Below are positions 27,414 to 36,893 of a stretch of 38,097 bases of DNA, piece by piece. The position numbers were made by a program, and so were the translations under genes. The DNA is taken from sequence record DRR723986_16569; one strand, written 5' to 3'. Under the pieces are notes generated by a model. The model saw only the letters and a list, made by a program, of their open reading frames with translations, was not told the origin of the DNA and made no database searches. How positions within the stretch are numbered: position 1 is the stretch's first letter; each line of letters starts with the position of its first letter.

Positions 27414-27773
27414 CTAGGCGTATAACTTCTTCAGGCGTTTGTAATCATACTTAATTCCCCAAAAGGACAGCAAGCCACAAACCACTGCCAATCCAACAAT
27501 TGAAACAATTCCTTCAGCATAAATATCTGTGAAGAAGAAAAAGAGTGAAAGCGCACCAATTGTTGCCAAACCATAACCAATTCCTAAAGAGCCAATTAAT
27601 CCTTTAGGCCATTTTTCGAAAGGATCTTTTTTAGCTGAACTTGAACTCCCTGGGTCTGCAGCAGCTCCCATCAACAGCACAATAACTATTACCGACAAAG
27701 CCAAGATGATTGCAACTGGCACCAACCAGATTACAAAATTAAGGAGCATAGTTTTTATAATTTGCGATTTCAT
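27414..27773 (-). CDS. Small three-TM membrane protein
   Basis: Three hydrophobic helices and a basic C-terminus; ATGA overlap with the ArnT-like gene. Confidence 0.7.
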   Translation of the reverse strand: MKSQIIKTMLLNFVIWLVPVAIILALSVIVIVLLMGAAADPGSSSSAKKDPFEKWPKGLIGSLGIGYGLATIGALSLFFFFTDIYAEGIVSIVGLAVVCGLLSFWGIKYDYKRLKKLYA

Positions 27774-29458
27774 TTCACCGCCTCCCTCTTATAAAATTTA
27801 AAGCCTCCTTTGCTATACAAATGTACAATTTGAGGCATGGTATCTAATTGAATGTGTTGAATCTTGGTGATGAAATAAGCATCATAATCAATATCTCCAT
27901 GCATCATATATTGCCTGACTTCAACCTCCAAAGGTGTGTAAAGTGTAGGTTCGCCATTGAACTTTTCATCTTGAATTTTTTTGAAGACATTCGCTTCTTC
28001 AGTTTGCTCAAAATAGAAGTATTGCGCATAACTTTTAAAGCCTACAGGCGCCACATACACTTTTTGACCCTTAATGTCCTGCAAAAATTCGATCATTGGC
28101 CCTTGCGTGTACACCTCAATTTTTCGAACCACAAACACCATAGTTAGACTAAGGGTGATGGAGAACAATAAAGCATTCCATTTTAAGCCTTTCAATAATT
28201 CATCTTTTTTCCAATAAATGATGAATAAGACGACTCCCGCAATAAAAAATAGTACAATCAATGGTTCTAAACCTGACCAGGTCACTTCGGGATTTGAAAA
28301 TCCAGCAACTGCGAAAGGATCTTTAATGAGATGGAAAAAATGTTCTTTGAAGATGGCAAACAAAGGCAATCCTACAAAAATCAAAGCGAAAACTGCAGCT
28401 AGAAATAGGTAAGTGCCGCGCAGCCATCCGTTTAATGCTGACCAGTTTGTTTTATAGATTACCGAGGCTGCTAGATAAGATAGCGGCAGATAGGTCATTG
28501 ATGAATAATGTACAATTTTGGTGCTGACAATTGAGAATAAAATCAATACCACCCAAAAGAGTATCGTCCACCAACGTTCTATTTCCGTATCTCTTTTCTT
28601 TTTAATTAGAGATGGTAAAGCCAATACCGAAAGTGGAAACGTCCCGAAAAACACGACAACAAAATGATAAAAGAAAGGTTGTTTATGCCCTGCAACAGGT
28701 TTTGAGAATAAATCAATTTGGTATTGCATGAATTCAATTAGAAACCAAGGGCCATTATTGATCATTTCTAATCCAAACCAAAAGAAAGAAACTACAACAA
28801 CCGATCCTGCAAAAATCAATACCTGCTTGAGCGTTGGCAAGACCTTTAACTTTTTAATGAGAAGGTAAACTATGAAGGTCAAGAACACGAGTAAAAAACC
28901 AACCGGACCTTTCGTTAAAACTGCCAATCCACAAAACAATCCCGACCAAAAAGCACGTTTATTTTTTTTGTCTTCCTCTGCTAATGCTTTAAACAACTGA
29001 TAAGCTGATAAAAAGATAAACAAATTAAAAATCGGGTCGATAATCGCCGATCTGAAATAGATTTGAGGCAATAATGAGCAGAGATATAAGAAAGCCCAAA
29101 CCAATCCAAAGCGTTCATCTCGCTCTTTTTTGCCAATAAAATAAATCAGTGCTACTGTGATGACTCCGGCAATGGCATTTGGGAACCTGGCACCAAATTC
29201 ATTAATCCCAAACAGATGCATGGATCCTGATTGTAGCCAAAAAAACAGAGGCGGTTTTTCCCAAAAAGGAGTGAAGTTGACTTGAACTCTGAAATAATCC
29301 CCAGTGGCCATCATTTCACGAGCGGATTCGGCAAAGTTGATTTCATCCCAATCAAATAAATGCACTAAACCAAGCGTAGGTACAAAGGCCAAAACCGATA
29401 AAATGATCAGGAATCTGAAATGAGGAGACGTCTTAAATTCGGATAAAAAAAGTCGCAT
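27770..29458 (-). CDS. ArnT/PMT-like GT-C fold membrane glycosyltransferase
   Basis: LFDWDEINFAESAREM, FWEKPPLFFW, ARFPNA, LAVLTKGPVG; about 12 TM segments. Confidence 0.92.
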   Translation of the reverse strand: MRLFLSEFKTSPHFRFLIILSVLAFVPTLGLVHLFDWDEINFAESAREMMATGDYFRVQVNFTPFWEKPPLFFWLQSGSMHLFGINEFGARFPNAIAGVITVALIYFIGKKERDERFGLVWAFLYLCSLLPQIYFRSAIIDPIFNLFIFLSAYQLFKALAEEDKKNKRAFWSGLFCGLAVLTKGPVGFLLVFLTFIVYLLIKKLKVLPTLKQVLIFAGSVVVVSFFWFGLEMINNGPWFLIEFMQYQIDLFSKPVAGHKQPFFYHFVVVFFGTFPLSVLALPSLIKKKRDTEIERWWTILFWVVLILFSIVSTKIVHYSSMTYLPLSYLAASVIYKTNWSALNGWLRGTYLFLAAVFALIFVGLPLFAIFKEHFFHLIKDPFAVAGFSNPEVTWSGLEPLIVLFFIAGVVLFIIYWKKDELLKGLKWNALLFSITLSLTMVFVVRKIEVYTQGPMIEFLQDIKGQKVYVAPVGFKSYAQYFYFEQTEEANVFKKIQDEKFNGEPTLYTPLEVEVRQYMMHGDIDYDAYFITKIQHIQLDTMPQIVHLYSKGGFKFYKREAVK

Positions 29459-30201
29459 TAAAGTTGCTTAAATATCTTTGCTTTCATCCCTAATTTAGAG
29501 AAAAAATACTGCATAGATACTTTCATTACGCCCAATCCGTAAACAGAACTTCTTTTAAAATTAATGGAGGATGCTTCTTCAAAGTACTTAGTTGGGCAAG
29601 TAATCTCAGCAATCTCGTGTCCTTTGTATAAAATTTGAGCTAAAAACTGATTGTCAAAAACAAAATCTTCAGAATTATCATTGTAATTGATGCCTTCTAG
29701 CACTTCTCTTGAATAAGCTCGATAACCTGTGTGATATTCCGAGAGTTTCTGACGCATCCAGAAATTTTGAAAAAAGGTTAGAAAACGATTTGCAATCCAT
29801 TTATACCTTGGCATTCCGCCTTTTAGCGCACCTTTTCCTAAAATTCTAGAAGCGATTACACAAGGGTATACATCATTGGCAATTAAAGATACCATGGGTA
29901 CAATTAATTGTGGGGTATATTGATAATCGGGATGCACCATAATGATGATGTCTGCACCCACTTCTAAAGCCTTGTTGTAACATGATTTTTGATTGCCACC
30001 ATAACCTCGGTTAGTTTCATGTACAATAACATGATTAATTCCCAGTTTCTTGGCTAATTCAACGGTATCATCTGTTGATCGGTCGTCTGTTAAAATCACC
30101 TCATCAACCACGTCCAATGGAATTTCATTGTAGGTTTTTTCTAAGGTTTTACCTGCATTATAAGCAGGCATAATTACTGCGACTTTTTTACCGTTGATCA
30201 T
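29458..30201 (-). CDS. GT2 polyprenol-phosphate glycosyltransferase (DPM1/ArnC-like)
   Basis: VIMPAYNA, DDRSTDDT, NRGYGGNQK, HPDYQY, GYRAYS; TAATG coupling to the ArnT-like gene. Confidence 0.92.
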   Translation of the reverse strand: MINGKKVAVIMPAYNAGKTLEKTYNEIPLDVVDEVILTDDRSTDDTVELAKKLGINHVIVHETNRGYGGNQKSCYNKALEVGADIIIMVHPDYQYTPQLIVPMVSLIANDVYPCVIASRILGKGALKGGMPRYKWIANRFLTFFQNFWMRQKLSEYHTGYRAYSREVLEGINYNDNSEDFVFDNQFLAQILYKGHEIAEITCPTKYFEEASSINFKRSSVYGLGVMKVSMQYFFSKLGMKAKIFKQL

Positions 30202-30222
30202 CTTGGACTAAAATTCAAAGCG

Positions 30223-30230
30223 CAAATATA
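30223..30230 (-). promoter_or_regulatory. -7 promoter box for the GT2-ArnT operon
   Basis: Minus strand TATATTTG(CG), 21 nt upstream of the ATG. Confidence 0.6.
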
Positions 30231-30235
30231 AGGAT

Positions 30236-31513
30236 TCAATTGTTAAGCCTATTGCCGGAAATGTCAATTTCAAAGGTGTCTTTTGCAACGTTGACTTTAC
30301 AAACACCATCTTTAAAAATTCCTACGTCATCAAATTGTGCCGGAATTGCTACTTCTAAAGAACTATCAATAAATCCACATTTTCCATTTTTCTTAAAAGC
30401 AGATAGTCCCTCTGAAAATTGTGGGATGGCATATTTAACTGAAGTCCCAGACGCTTTACCTATTCCAAAAAACCCATTATGACTCCAATCATATGTGCTA
30501 CTAAACAATGGATAAGTATCGCTTACCTTCACTAAATCGTTATTTTCCACCCTAAAGTAAGCGTACTTTTTTCCTGACTGTTCAATAGCAATTAATTGAG
30601 TTCCCGTACAAAGTTCAAACTCTTTCGTAAAATCGGCCAGCACCACTTTTCCTGATGGTAAAATAATGTCAAAGTAGTTTTTGTTTTTGACCATTTTTTC
30701 ACCTACAAAAACATTTTGATTTATAAAAAACTCTACATCTCTATATCCTAAAGGTATCAATTCTTTACCTGTCGAGTCAATGATACCTTTGTTGTTCCAT
30801 CCGACTTTATTAGCGGCCCAAACTTCAAAATAATTCTCGCTGTCATCTACATTTTTTAAATATCCGTACCAGTCAGAAATAATCACTCCTTTCCAATTCA
30901 TGGCAGCGCTTAATTCGTCAATTCCGTCATTCTTATGGACTTCATAAAAATGTCTTTTTTTGTAAGTTACAATATCATTGTACCATGCTGAAATAATTTT
31001 ACCCTGGTCGCTGATTAACGATTTACGCTCACCATTGAAACCACATGTATCACAGGATTCGCTGATTATAAACGTACCATTCTTTTTTGCTTTTTCAATC
31101 TTACTATAAGGACCAAAAACAGTCTTTCCCAAGGTATCCAGTAGATACCAAATGAGGTTACCATTTTCATCATTTGACCGACCATAAATAATTGGATAAT
31201 CTTGAGTCTCGATAAAATCATAACCTTCAGAAACGATTTCCCCCTGCGAATTGATTAAATAATCTAAGCCGCTATTTCTATCCAGAGTCACTTTTGCCAA
31301 ATTTGACTGAAAAGCTAGAGCACTGTAAAACATAAAATCAATCATCACATTTCCATCTTGATCTACATAACCTTGTTTACCTTCTTCATTTGATTCAACC
31401 GTCCAGGTTTTAGGATCTGAATCTTTTTTACCTTCATTATTATTAGAAGTACAGTTTAATTGACTGAAAGCAATTAAAATTAACAGCAACCAATTGTTTT
31501 TATTTCTTTTCAT
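30236..31513 (-). CDS. WG-repeat (KWG) lipoprotein
   Basis: Probable lipobox SQLN-C; GYVDQDGNVMIDF..AFQSNLAKV and FSEGLSAFKKNGKCGFID..QFDDVGIFKDG repeats. Confidence 0.8.
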   Translation of the reverse strand: MKRNKNNWLLLILIAFSQLNCTSNNNEGKKDSDPKTWTVESNEEGKQGYVDQDGNVMIDFMFYSALAFQSNLAKVTLDRNSGLDYLINSQGEIVSEGYDFIETQDYPIIYGRSNDENGNLIWYLLDTLGKTVFGPYSKIEKAKKNGTFIISESCDTCGFNGERKSLISDQGKIISAWYNDIVTYKKRHFYEVHKNDGIDELSAAMNWKGVIISDWYGYLKNVDDSENYFEVWAANKVGWNNKGIIDSTGKELIPLGYRDVEFFINQNVFVGEKMVKNKNYFDIILPSGKVVLADFTKEFELCTGTQLIAIEQSGKKYAYFRVENNDLVKVSDTYPLFSSTYDWSHNGFFGIGKASGTSVKYAIPQFSEGLSAFKKNGKCGFIDSSLEVAIPAQFDDVGIFKDGVCKVNVAKDTFEIDISGNRLNN

Positions 31514-32783
31514 TTTTCTTTCGATACGGCCTTACAATCAATCTTAGACCATTATTAAACTTAATGTAGTTCCAAGTCCAATTCACAAAAACTACTACCC
31601 TATTTCTAAACCCTACCAAAAGCATCAAATGAACAAACATCCAAATAATCCATGCAAAGAATCCTTGAATTTTAATTTTTCCAATTTCAACTACTGCTAA
31701 ATTCCTTCCGATTGTTGCCATAGTGCCTTTATCCTTATAAATAAAAGATTTCACTTGCTTTTGCTTGCTTAGGTTTTTCAATTGCTTAGCCAAATATGCG
31801 CCTTGTTGCATGGCTACTGACCCTAACATGGGTAATCCATTGGGGTATTTCTCAGATTCAATTAAAGCCGTATCACCCAATGCATAAATGTCTGGGTCGT
31901 TCTTTAATCGTAAAAATTCATTCACAATCAATCTATTTCCTTTTCCTAACTGGTTGGCATCTATTCCAGTTGGCGATTGCCCGGCTACACCAGCTGCCCA
32001 AATTAGGGTGTCCGCTTTAAACTCTTTACCATCCGAAGTCGTCACCAAATTATTTTCGTAATTCTCTACAAATGTTTCAGTGTATACATTGACTCCTAAT
32101 TTTCTCAAATATTGAAAAGCTTTTTCTGAGGATTTTTTGTCCATGGCAGCCAAAACTTTTGGAGCAGCTTCAATTACATGAATGCCCATTATCCTTAAAT
32201 CTAAATCTGGAAAATCTTTGGGTAAAATTTTATTTCTAAGTTCGGCTAATGCACCTGCTAATTCAACACCCGTTGGGCCGGCTCCTACGATAACAAAGTT
32301 CATGAGTTCCTCACGCCTGGCTAAATCCTTCGTATTCAAAGCACGTTCAAAATTTTCAAGCATTTTACTCCTCAAATCAAGGGCCTCTACCAAAGATTTC
32401 ATTGGAATTGCATTCGCTTCAATGGTTTTGTTGCCAAAGAAGTTGTTTGTCGCTCCAGTTGCAATCACTAATTTATCATAGCGCAACTTACCTATATTGC
32501 TTTCAATGAGCTTTTCTTTGGTATCGATTGACTCAACATCAGCCAATCTGTAAAAAGCGTTTTTCTTTTTTCGCAGGGTTTTGCGAACAGGATAAGCAAT
32601 TGAATCCGGCTCTAATCCAGCCGTAGCAACTTGATATAAAAGAGGTTGAAAAGTGTGAAAATTGTTCTTGTCAATAAGAACTAATTGGTAATGTTTGGTG
32701 TTGATTTGTCTGGCTAATTTCAGTCCGGCAAATCCCGCGCCAATTACCACTACACGCGGTAAATCTATATCGGGAATGTTCAT
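31500..32783 (-). CDS. ndh: Type II NADH:quinone oxidoreductase
   Basis: GAGFAG, FQPLLYQVAT, VGAGPTGVELAG, WAAGV, ALGD, YKDKGTMATIG, AWIIWMFVHL. Confidence 0.95.
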   Translation of the reverse strand: MNIPDIDLPRVVVIGAGFAGLKLARQINTKHYQLVLIDKNNFHTFQPLLYQVATAGLEPDSIAYPVRKTLRKKKNAFYRLADVESIDTKEKLIESNIGKLRYDKLVIATGATNNFFGNKTIEANAIPMKSLVEALDLRSKMLENFERALNTKDLARREELMNFVIVGAGPTGVELAGALAELRNKILPKDFPDLDLRIMGIHVIEAAPKVLAAMDKKSSEKAFQYLRKLGVNVYTETFVENYENNLVTTSDGKEFKADTLIWAAGVAGQSPTGIDANQLGKGNRLIVNEFLRLKNDPDIYALGDTALIESEKYPNGLPMLGSVAMQQGAYLAKQLKNLSKQKQVKSFIYKDKGTMATIGRNLAVVEIGKIKIQGFFAWIIWMFVHLMLLVGFRNRVVVFVNWTWNYIKFNNGLRLIVRPYRKKNEKK

Positions 32784-33012
32784 CTCAACGATTTTGTAAC
32801 TTAAAGGTACTGATTTATCCTTATTATAAATAAGAGATTTCAGTCAATACACTTTTTTTCAAAATCGATTGAAATCAACAATCTGAAAACAAGATGTTTG
32901 GCCTTGTTTCTTTAGGAAGAATTAAATACCATGTTTTTTGAAAACTGTCCACATATTTTTAGTAGATTCAGGACTCAAAATTTTTAAACCCGCAAATCAA
33001 AAAATTAAAATT

Positions 33013-33984
33013 ATGGGCCTATTCGATTTTTTAAAGTCAAAAGCAAAAACGGTGACAGACGCCGTTCAAGATAAACCAGCTGAACAACCGAAAGTAGAAA
33101 AAACAGAAGCTGTTCATGTAGAACCAGCAGTAGAGGAGGTTGATGTAGAAGAGGAAGAAGAAGCAGAATATGTGCCGTCTTCGAAAACAGTTCAAGGGGT
33201 GTCTTATCCTCATGGATGGGAAGATCTTTCGGATCTAGAAATTTCAGCCAAACTTGAAGAAGTTATGAAAGAATACGCTGCCGCAGATGGTGATGATGAT
33301 CTAGAAGATGCAATCTTTCCGAAATACGGATTTGAGGCTGCAGGTCATTATGAAGAGTTTAAGAATGCACTGATTATGGAGAAAGCTGCAACCGAAGGAG
33401 TTTCTTTTACCCAAGCGGCCGTTAATCAAGCTGCTGCAAAAAGAGAAGCTGATGTTGCTGCTGCTGTTGATTCAGATAGAGAAGATTTAAAACCAGTTGA
33501 TGGAGTTTCTTTGGAAGATTGGGCTAAAGCAAATGCCGCGCTTTTAGGAGCTGGAGGAATTGATGAAGCTTTGAAAATTTCAAAGAAAGACAAAGCAGGC
33601 TGGGATAAAGTAAATGAAGAATGGCAAACTAGAATGGCCAATGATACGTCATTCACCATTGCTCAAGTTTATGGTAAAGCTTTTAATGCATCAGCCGAAG
33701 GCAACTTAGGTTCATCAGATGCAATAACTGCTGAATCATTCCCATATGAAAAGTACGTGGAAGTTCAAGTAGCCCAAGATTTATTATGTCAGCAAGGTAA
33801 AGATGCTCAAGAAGTATTGGCCATGTTTGATATGACCGTTGCTGATTGGTCTAACGTTGGAGCGTTTTGGTCAACTGAATTTCATTCAGACGTAGATAAG
33901 TATCTCCCTTTGAATGAAGAGTATACCAAAAAGTACGAAGAAAAATATAAGGCTGGAGATAGCAATTCTGACATTGAATTTTAG
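33013..33984 (+). CDS. Acidic helical-repeat protein (DUF6620-like)
   Basis: ATG at 33013 (MGLFDFLK); repeats PVDGVSLEDWA..WDKVNEEW..M and FPYEKYVEV..L..F.MT.ADW..V..FW; family name from recollection. Confidence 0.6.
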   Translation: MGLFDFLKSKAKTVTDAVQDKPAEQPKVEKTEAVHVEPAVEEVDVEEEEEAEYVPSSKTVQGVSYPHGWEDLSDLEISAKLEEVMKEYAAADGDDDLEDAIFPKYGFEAAGHYEEFKNALIMEKAATEGVSFTQAAVNQAAAKREADVAAAVDSDREDLKPVDGVSLEDWAKANAALLGAGGIDEALKISKKDKAGWDKVNEEWQTRMANDTSFTIAQVYGKAFNASAEGNLGSSDAITAESFPYEKYVEVQVAQDLLCQQGKDAQEVLAMFDMTVADWSNVGAFWSTEFHSDVDKYLPLNEEYTKKYEEKYKAGDSNSDIEF

Positions 33985-33989
33985 GGTTT

Positions 33990-34634
33990 ATGTTTTGGAA
34001 AAAAAACAAAACAAATTCCGCTAATTCTCAAGAAGAAAAAAATGCCGAAAAACAAGCTGAAACTGAAGAACAAAATGTGACATTAAGTCCAAGTTCGAAG
34101 GTGAAGGAGTTTACCGGTAAATTTCAATTAGAATTAGAGAAAATAAATAAGTGTGCCATGTCCAACTTAACGGACTGGCATGCTTTTTTAAATGAGTTAA
34201 ACATTGCGCAAGTCACAAGTGGTCAAAGAGAAGCAGCAAAATCTACCGGACTTCCTATTCCCAAAGTTGCTTTTCCATCTGAATACCGAGCCGTTCTAGA
34301 CTTATTGAAAACGAATACAAAACCTGAATTGTATCAATTACAGCAAGAGGTTAAGGATGATTTTGATGCGGACGATTTACTAGATGAATTTGTCAGAAGA
34401 AAATTTGATTCATTGATAGATGACGAACTAGGGAACTATCTAGAAAAATCTAAACCCTCAGTTTCTGTATCAGATATTTTTGCGAATGCTTCAACCAGTA
34501 TTAACAAATATTCAGTTCAGGAAAAAGATGCAGGAGATAAATCATACAGTATAAAATGTAAAGCTTGTGGAGCTGCGCGTCTTGAAGAAGATCAATATGA
34601 CAGCTGTTTTTACTGTGGAACACCATTATTTTAG
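33990..34634 (+). CDS. Helical protein with C-terminal zinc ribbon
   Basis: CKACGA..CFYCG at the C-terminus. Confidence 0.75.
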   Translation: MFWKKNKTNSANSQEEKNAEKQAETEEQNVTLSPSSKVKEFTGKFQLELEKINKCAMSNLTDWHAFLNELNIAQVTSGQREAAKSTGLPIPKVAFPSEYRAVLDLLKTNTKPELYQLQQEVKDDFDADDLLDEFVRRKFDSLIDDELGNYLEKSKPSVSVSDIFANASTSINKYSVQEKDAGDKSYSIKCKACGAARLEEDQYDSCFYCGTPLF

Positions 34635-34640
34635 AAAAAC

Positions 34641-35438
34641 ATGTCTGAAAAACAAGAGTTAATTAATAAATGGGATTCGTTTTTAAGTAAAATTGAAGAG
34701 CGTTTTGATGATATTTTAAACCAAGCCAATCAGGGCACTGAAAGCTTTATAGAACAACTAGAATATGACTCTATCAGTGTTACAAATGCATGGAACGGTA
34801 TTAAAGGTCAAATGTTCTCACTTTCTAAAAAAGCATCCGATACTTGGGATGATAAAATGGATGATCTTTTCGGAGATCGAGATGATGTGACCGGAGATGA
34901 GCGGATGGAACAGTATTATAAACATACTGATTTGACGCATAGAATGTCCACCAAATATGAAACCGAATTGGTTAAGGCGCTGGCAAATTCTGGTAGAAAA
35001 ATTCAGCAAAACGTGATGGGTCATATTGACTTAAACAAAATTCATAACTGCAAGCAATGCGGCGACAAAATGGATATTGCGATTTATTCGTTTATGGCCA
35101 AAAATGTGAAATGTCAATCTTGTGGTATGGTAAATTCATATGAGCCAGACGCTCGTATACTTGCACTTGAAGGATATACAGTCACGGCTTTGGCCAATGA
35201 GAAAATCATTGATTTCGTAAAAAAAGAAGCTGATATTGAACACGCCATGCATAAATTGGATGATCGAATCGCTAGCGAAAGAGAACAAACGTTAAGTCTT
35301 AGAGAAGAGTTAACCGCGACAAGAAAAGAAAGAATTAACACCTTCTATAACTTTATCACATCACATGTTAAAGACAAGGAAGAGTTTTATAACAGAAAAA
35401 GAGATGAACGCCTAAAGTGGGCCGAAGATCACTTTTAA
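34641..35438 (+). CDS. Helical/coiled-coil protein with central C4 zinc finger
   Basis: CKQCG..CQSCG between long charged helical segments. Confidence 0.75.
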   Translation: MSEKQELINKWDSFLSKIEERFDDILNQANQGTESFIEQLEYDSISVTNAWNGIKGQMFSLSKKASDTWDDKMDDLFGDRDDVTGDERMEQYYKHTDLTHRMSTKYETELVKALANSGRKIQQNVMGHIDLNKIHNCKQCGDKMDIAIYSFMAKNVKCQSCGMVNSYEPDARILALEGYTVTALANEKIIDFVKKEADIEHAMHKLDDRIASEREQTLSLREELTATRKERINTFYNFITSHVKDKEEFYNRKRDERLKWAEDHF

Positions 35439-35448
35439 AAATTTTACT

Positions 35449-36453
35449 ATGGGATTTAGCGATCAATTAAAATCAGTAATTCAATGGGATAACCCTAATC
35501 CTGACACATTGTTTTTTAGATACACTGCCAAGGGAGACGAATTAAAAAATTCATCTAAATTGGTTATCTCTCCCGGTCAGGGTTGCCTTTTTATGCATGA
35601 AGGTCAAATTGAAGGGATTTTTGAAGATGAAGGGACCTACAGTTTAGATACCGGAAACATTCCCTTTCTTACTTCATTAAAGCAATATTTGTCCTTGTAT
35701 CAAAATGGTGAAAGCAATCACAAAACGGGACTTTGGTTTTATCGTAAAGCAGACAATATTAATGTGCGTTGGGGAACCCGGTCACCCATTAAATATAATG
35801 ACCCTGTATACGTTTTCCCTGTAGCTTTAAGAGCTTTCGGTAATTATTCATTTAGGATTTCAGAACCGCTTACATTTTTTACAAATGTGGTGGCAAGCGC
35901 AGATAATTATACCATTCAGGAGATTCAGGAAGTATTCGTTTCTCGAATCGTTCAGCCCATCACAGATTATTTGGCTAAGGCAAAATTTTCTTATGCCGAG
36001 ATAGACAGTAATGTGATTGAGATTGCCAGACATGCGCAAGATGCCTCTGAAAGCATCTTTTTTGATCTAGGGTTTTCTTTACTTGATTTTAGAATCGAAG
36101 GAACTTCTTTTGATGAAGACACTCAAGAGCGTATTGGCAGAATTTCTGATGTAAATGCAGATGTTCAAGCAGCAAAACTTGCAGGTTTAGATTATGCACA
36201 AATGGAGCAAATAAAAGCCATGCGTGATGCAGCAAAAAATGAAGGAACTGGTGGGCTTAATGCTGGACTAGCAACTGGAATGCAAATGGGGCAAATGATG
36301 AATCAAAACCCTCCAGCACAGCAAGCTGCAGAATCAAACAACTCAGATGACCCTGTTCAAAAGCTTAAAAAATTAAAAGAAATGTTTGAAATGGAATTAA
36401 TTACTGAAGCCGAATTTTCTGAGAAAAAGAAAGTTATTTTAGACGCAATGTAA
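35449..36453 (+). CDS. SPFH (Band 7, YdjI-like) domain protein with C-terminal SHOCT domain
   Basis: VIQW..KNSSKLVISPGQ..GTYSLDTGNIPFLTSL, RWGT..DP..LRAFGNYS, G/M-rich linker, SHOCT DPVQKLKKLKEMFEMELITEAEFSEKKKVIL. Confidence 0.9.
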   Translation: MGFSDQLKSVIQWDNPNPDTLFFRYTAKGDELKNSSKLVISPGQGCLFMHEGQIEGIFEDEGTYSLDTGNIPFLTSLKQYLSLYQNGESNHKTGLWFYRKADNINVRWGTRSPIKYNDPVYVFPVALRAFGNYSFRISEPLTFFTNVVASADNYTIQEIQEVFVSRIVQPITDYLAKAKFSYAEIDSNVIEIARHAQDASESIFFDLGFSLLDFRIEGTSFDEDTQERIGRISDVNADVQAAKLAGLDYAQMEQIKAMRDAAKNEGTGGLNAGLATGMQMGQMMNQNPPAQQAAESNNSDDPVQKLKKLKEMFEMELITEAEFSEKKKVILDAM

Positions 36454-36457
36454 TTTG

Positions 36458-36820
36458 TCAAAGAGTCGGGTAAAATGCATCCTCAATATGACGAATATCT
36501 TTTTGCTTTTCATTTAAAACTATGACGATTAAATCAAAACGAGTTTCTAAATCAATTTCATGTTCTTGAATATAGTGATTAGCGGTTTTTACAATACCTT
36601 TTTGTTTAGATCTTGATACCAATTCTAAAGGATCGGTCAGGTAATCACTATTTCGTGTTTTCACTTCGACAACAATCAAAGTACCCTCAAATTCACAGAT
36701 TATATCAACTTCTAGCTTTTTAAACCGGAAGTTTCGATCTAGGATTTTATATCCTTTTTTGATCAAAAAATCAACAGCCATTTGCTCTCCTATAATTCCT
36801 AATTCATTATGATCAGCCAT
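36458..36820 (-). CDS. yraN: YraN family (UPF0102) PD-(D/E)xK-like putative nuclease
   Basis: LG..GEQMA..GYKILDRNFR..EVDII..VEVKTR..RFDLI..HIEDAF; ATG at 36820. Confidence 0.93.
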   Translation of the reverse strand: MADHNELGIIGEQMAVDFLIKKGYKILDRNFRFKKLEVDIICEFEGTLIVVEVKTRNSDYLTDPLELVSRSKQKGIVKTANHYIQEHEIDLETRFDLIVIVLNEKQKDIRHIEDAFYPTL

Positions 36821-36893
36821 ATCAACGAAAATAGTAGTAATTTTGGACACCTAAAAACGTAACAATAATTGCCCAAATACTTATAAGTACTAA

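Noticed and set aside
32938-33012. ORF-track N-terminal extensions (also at 8148, 10053, 12369, 14809, 24530, 27366 and 36850)
   Set aside because: Downstream ATG/GTG starts fit family N-termini or signal peptides better, and several extensions overlap predicted promoter boxes.
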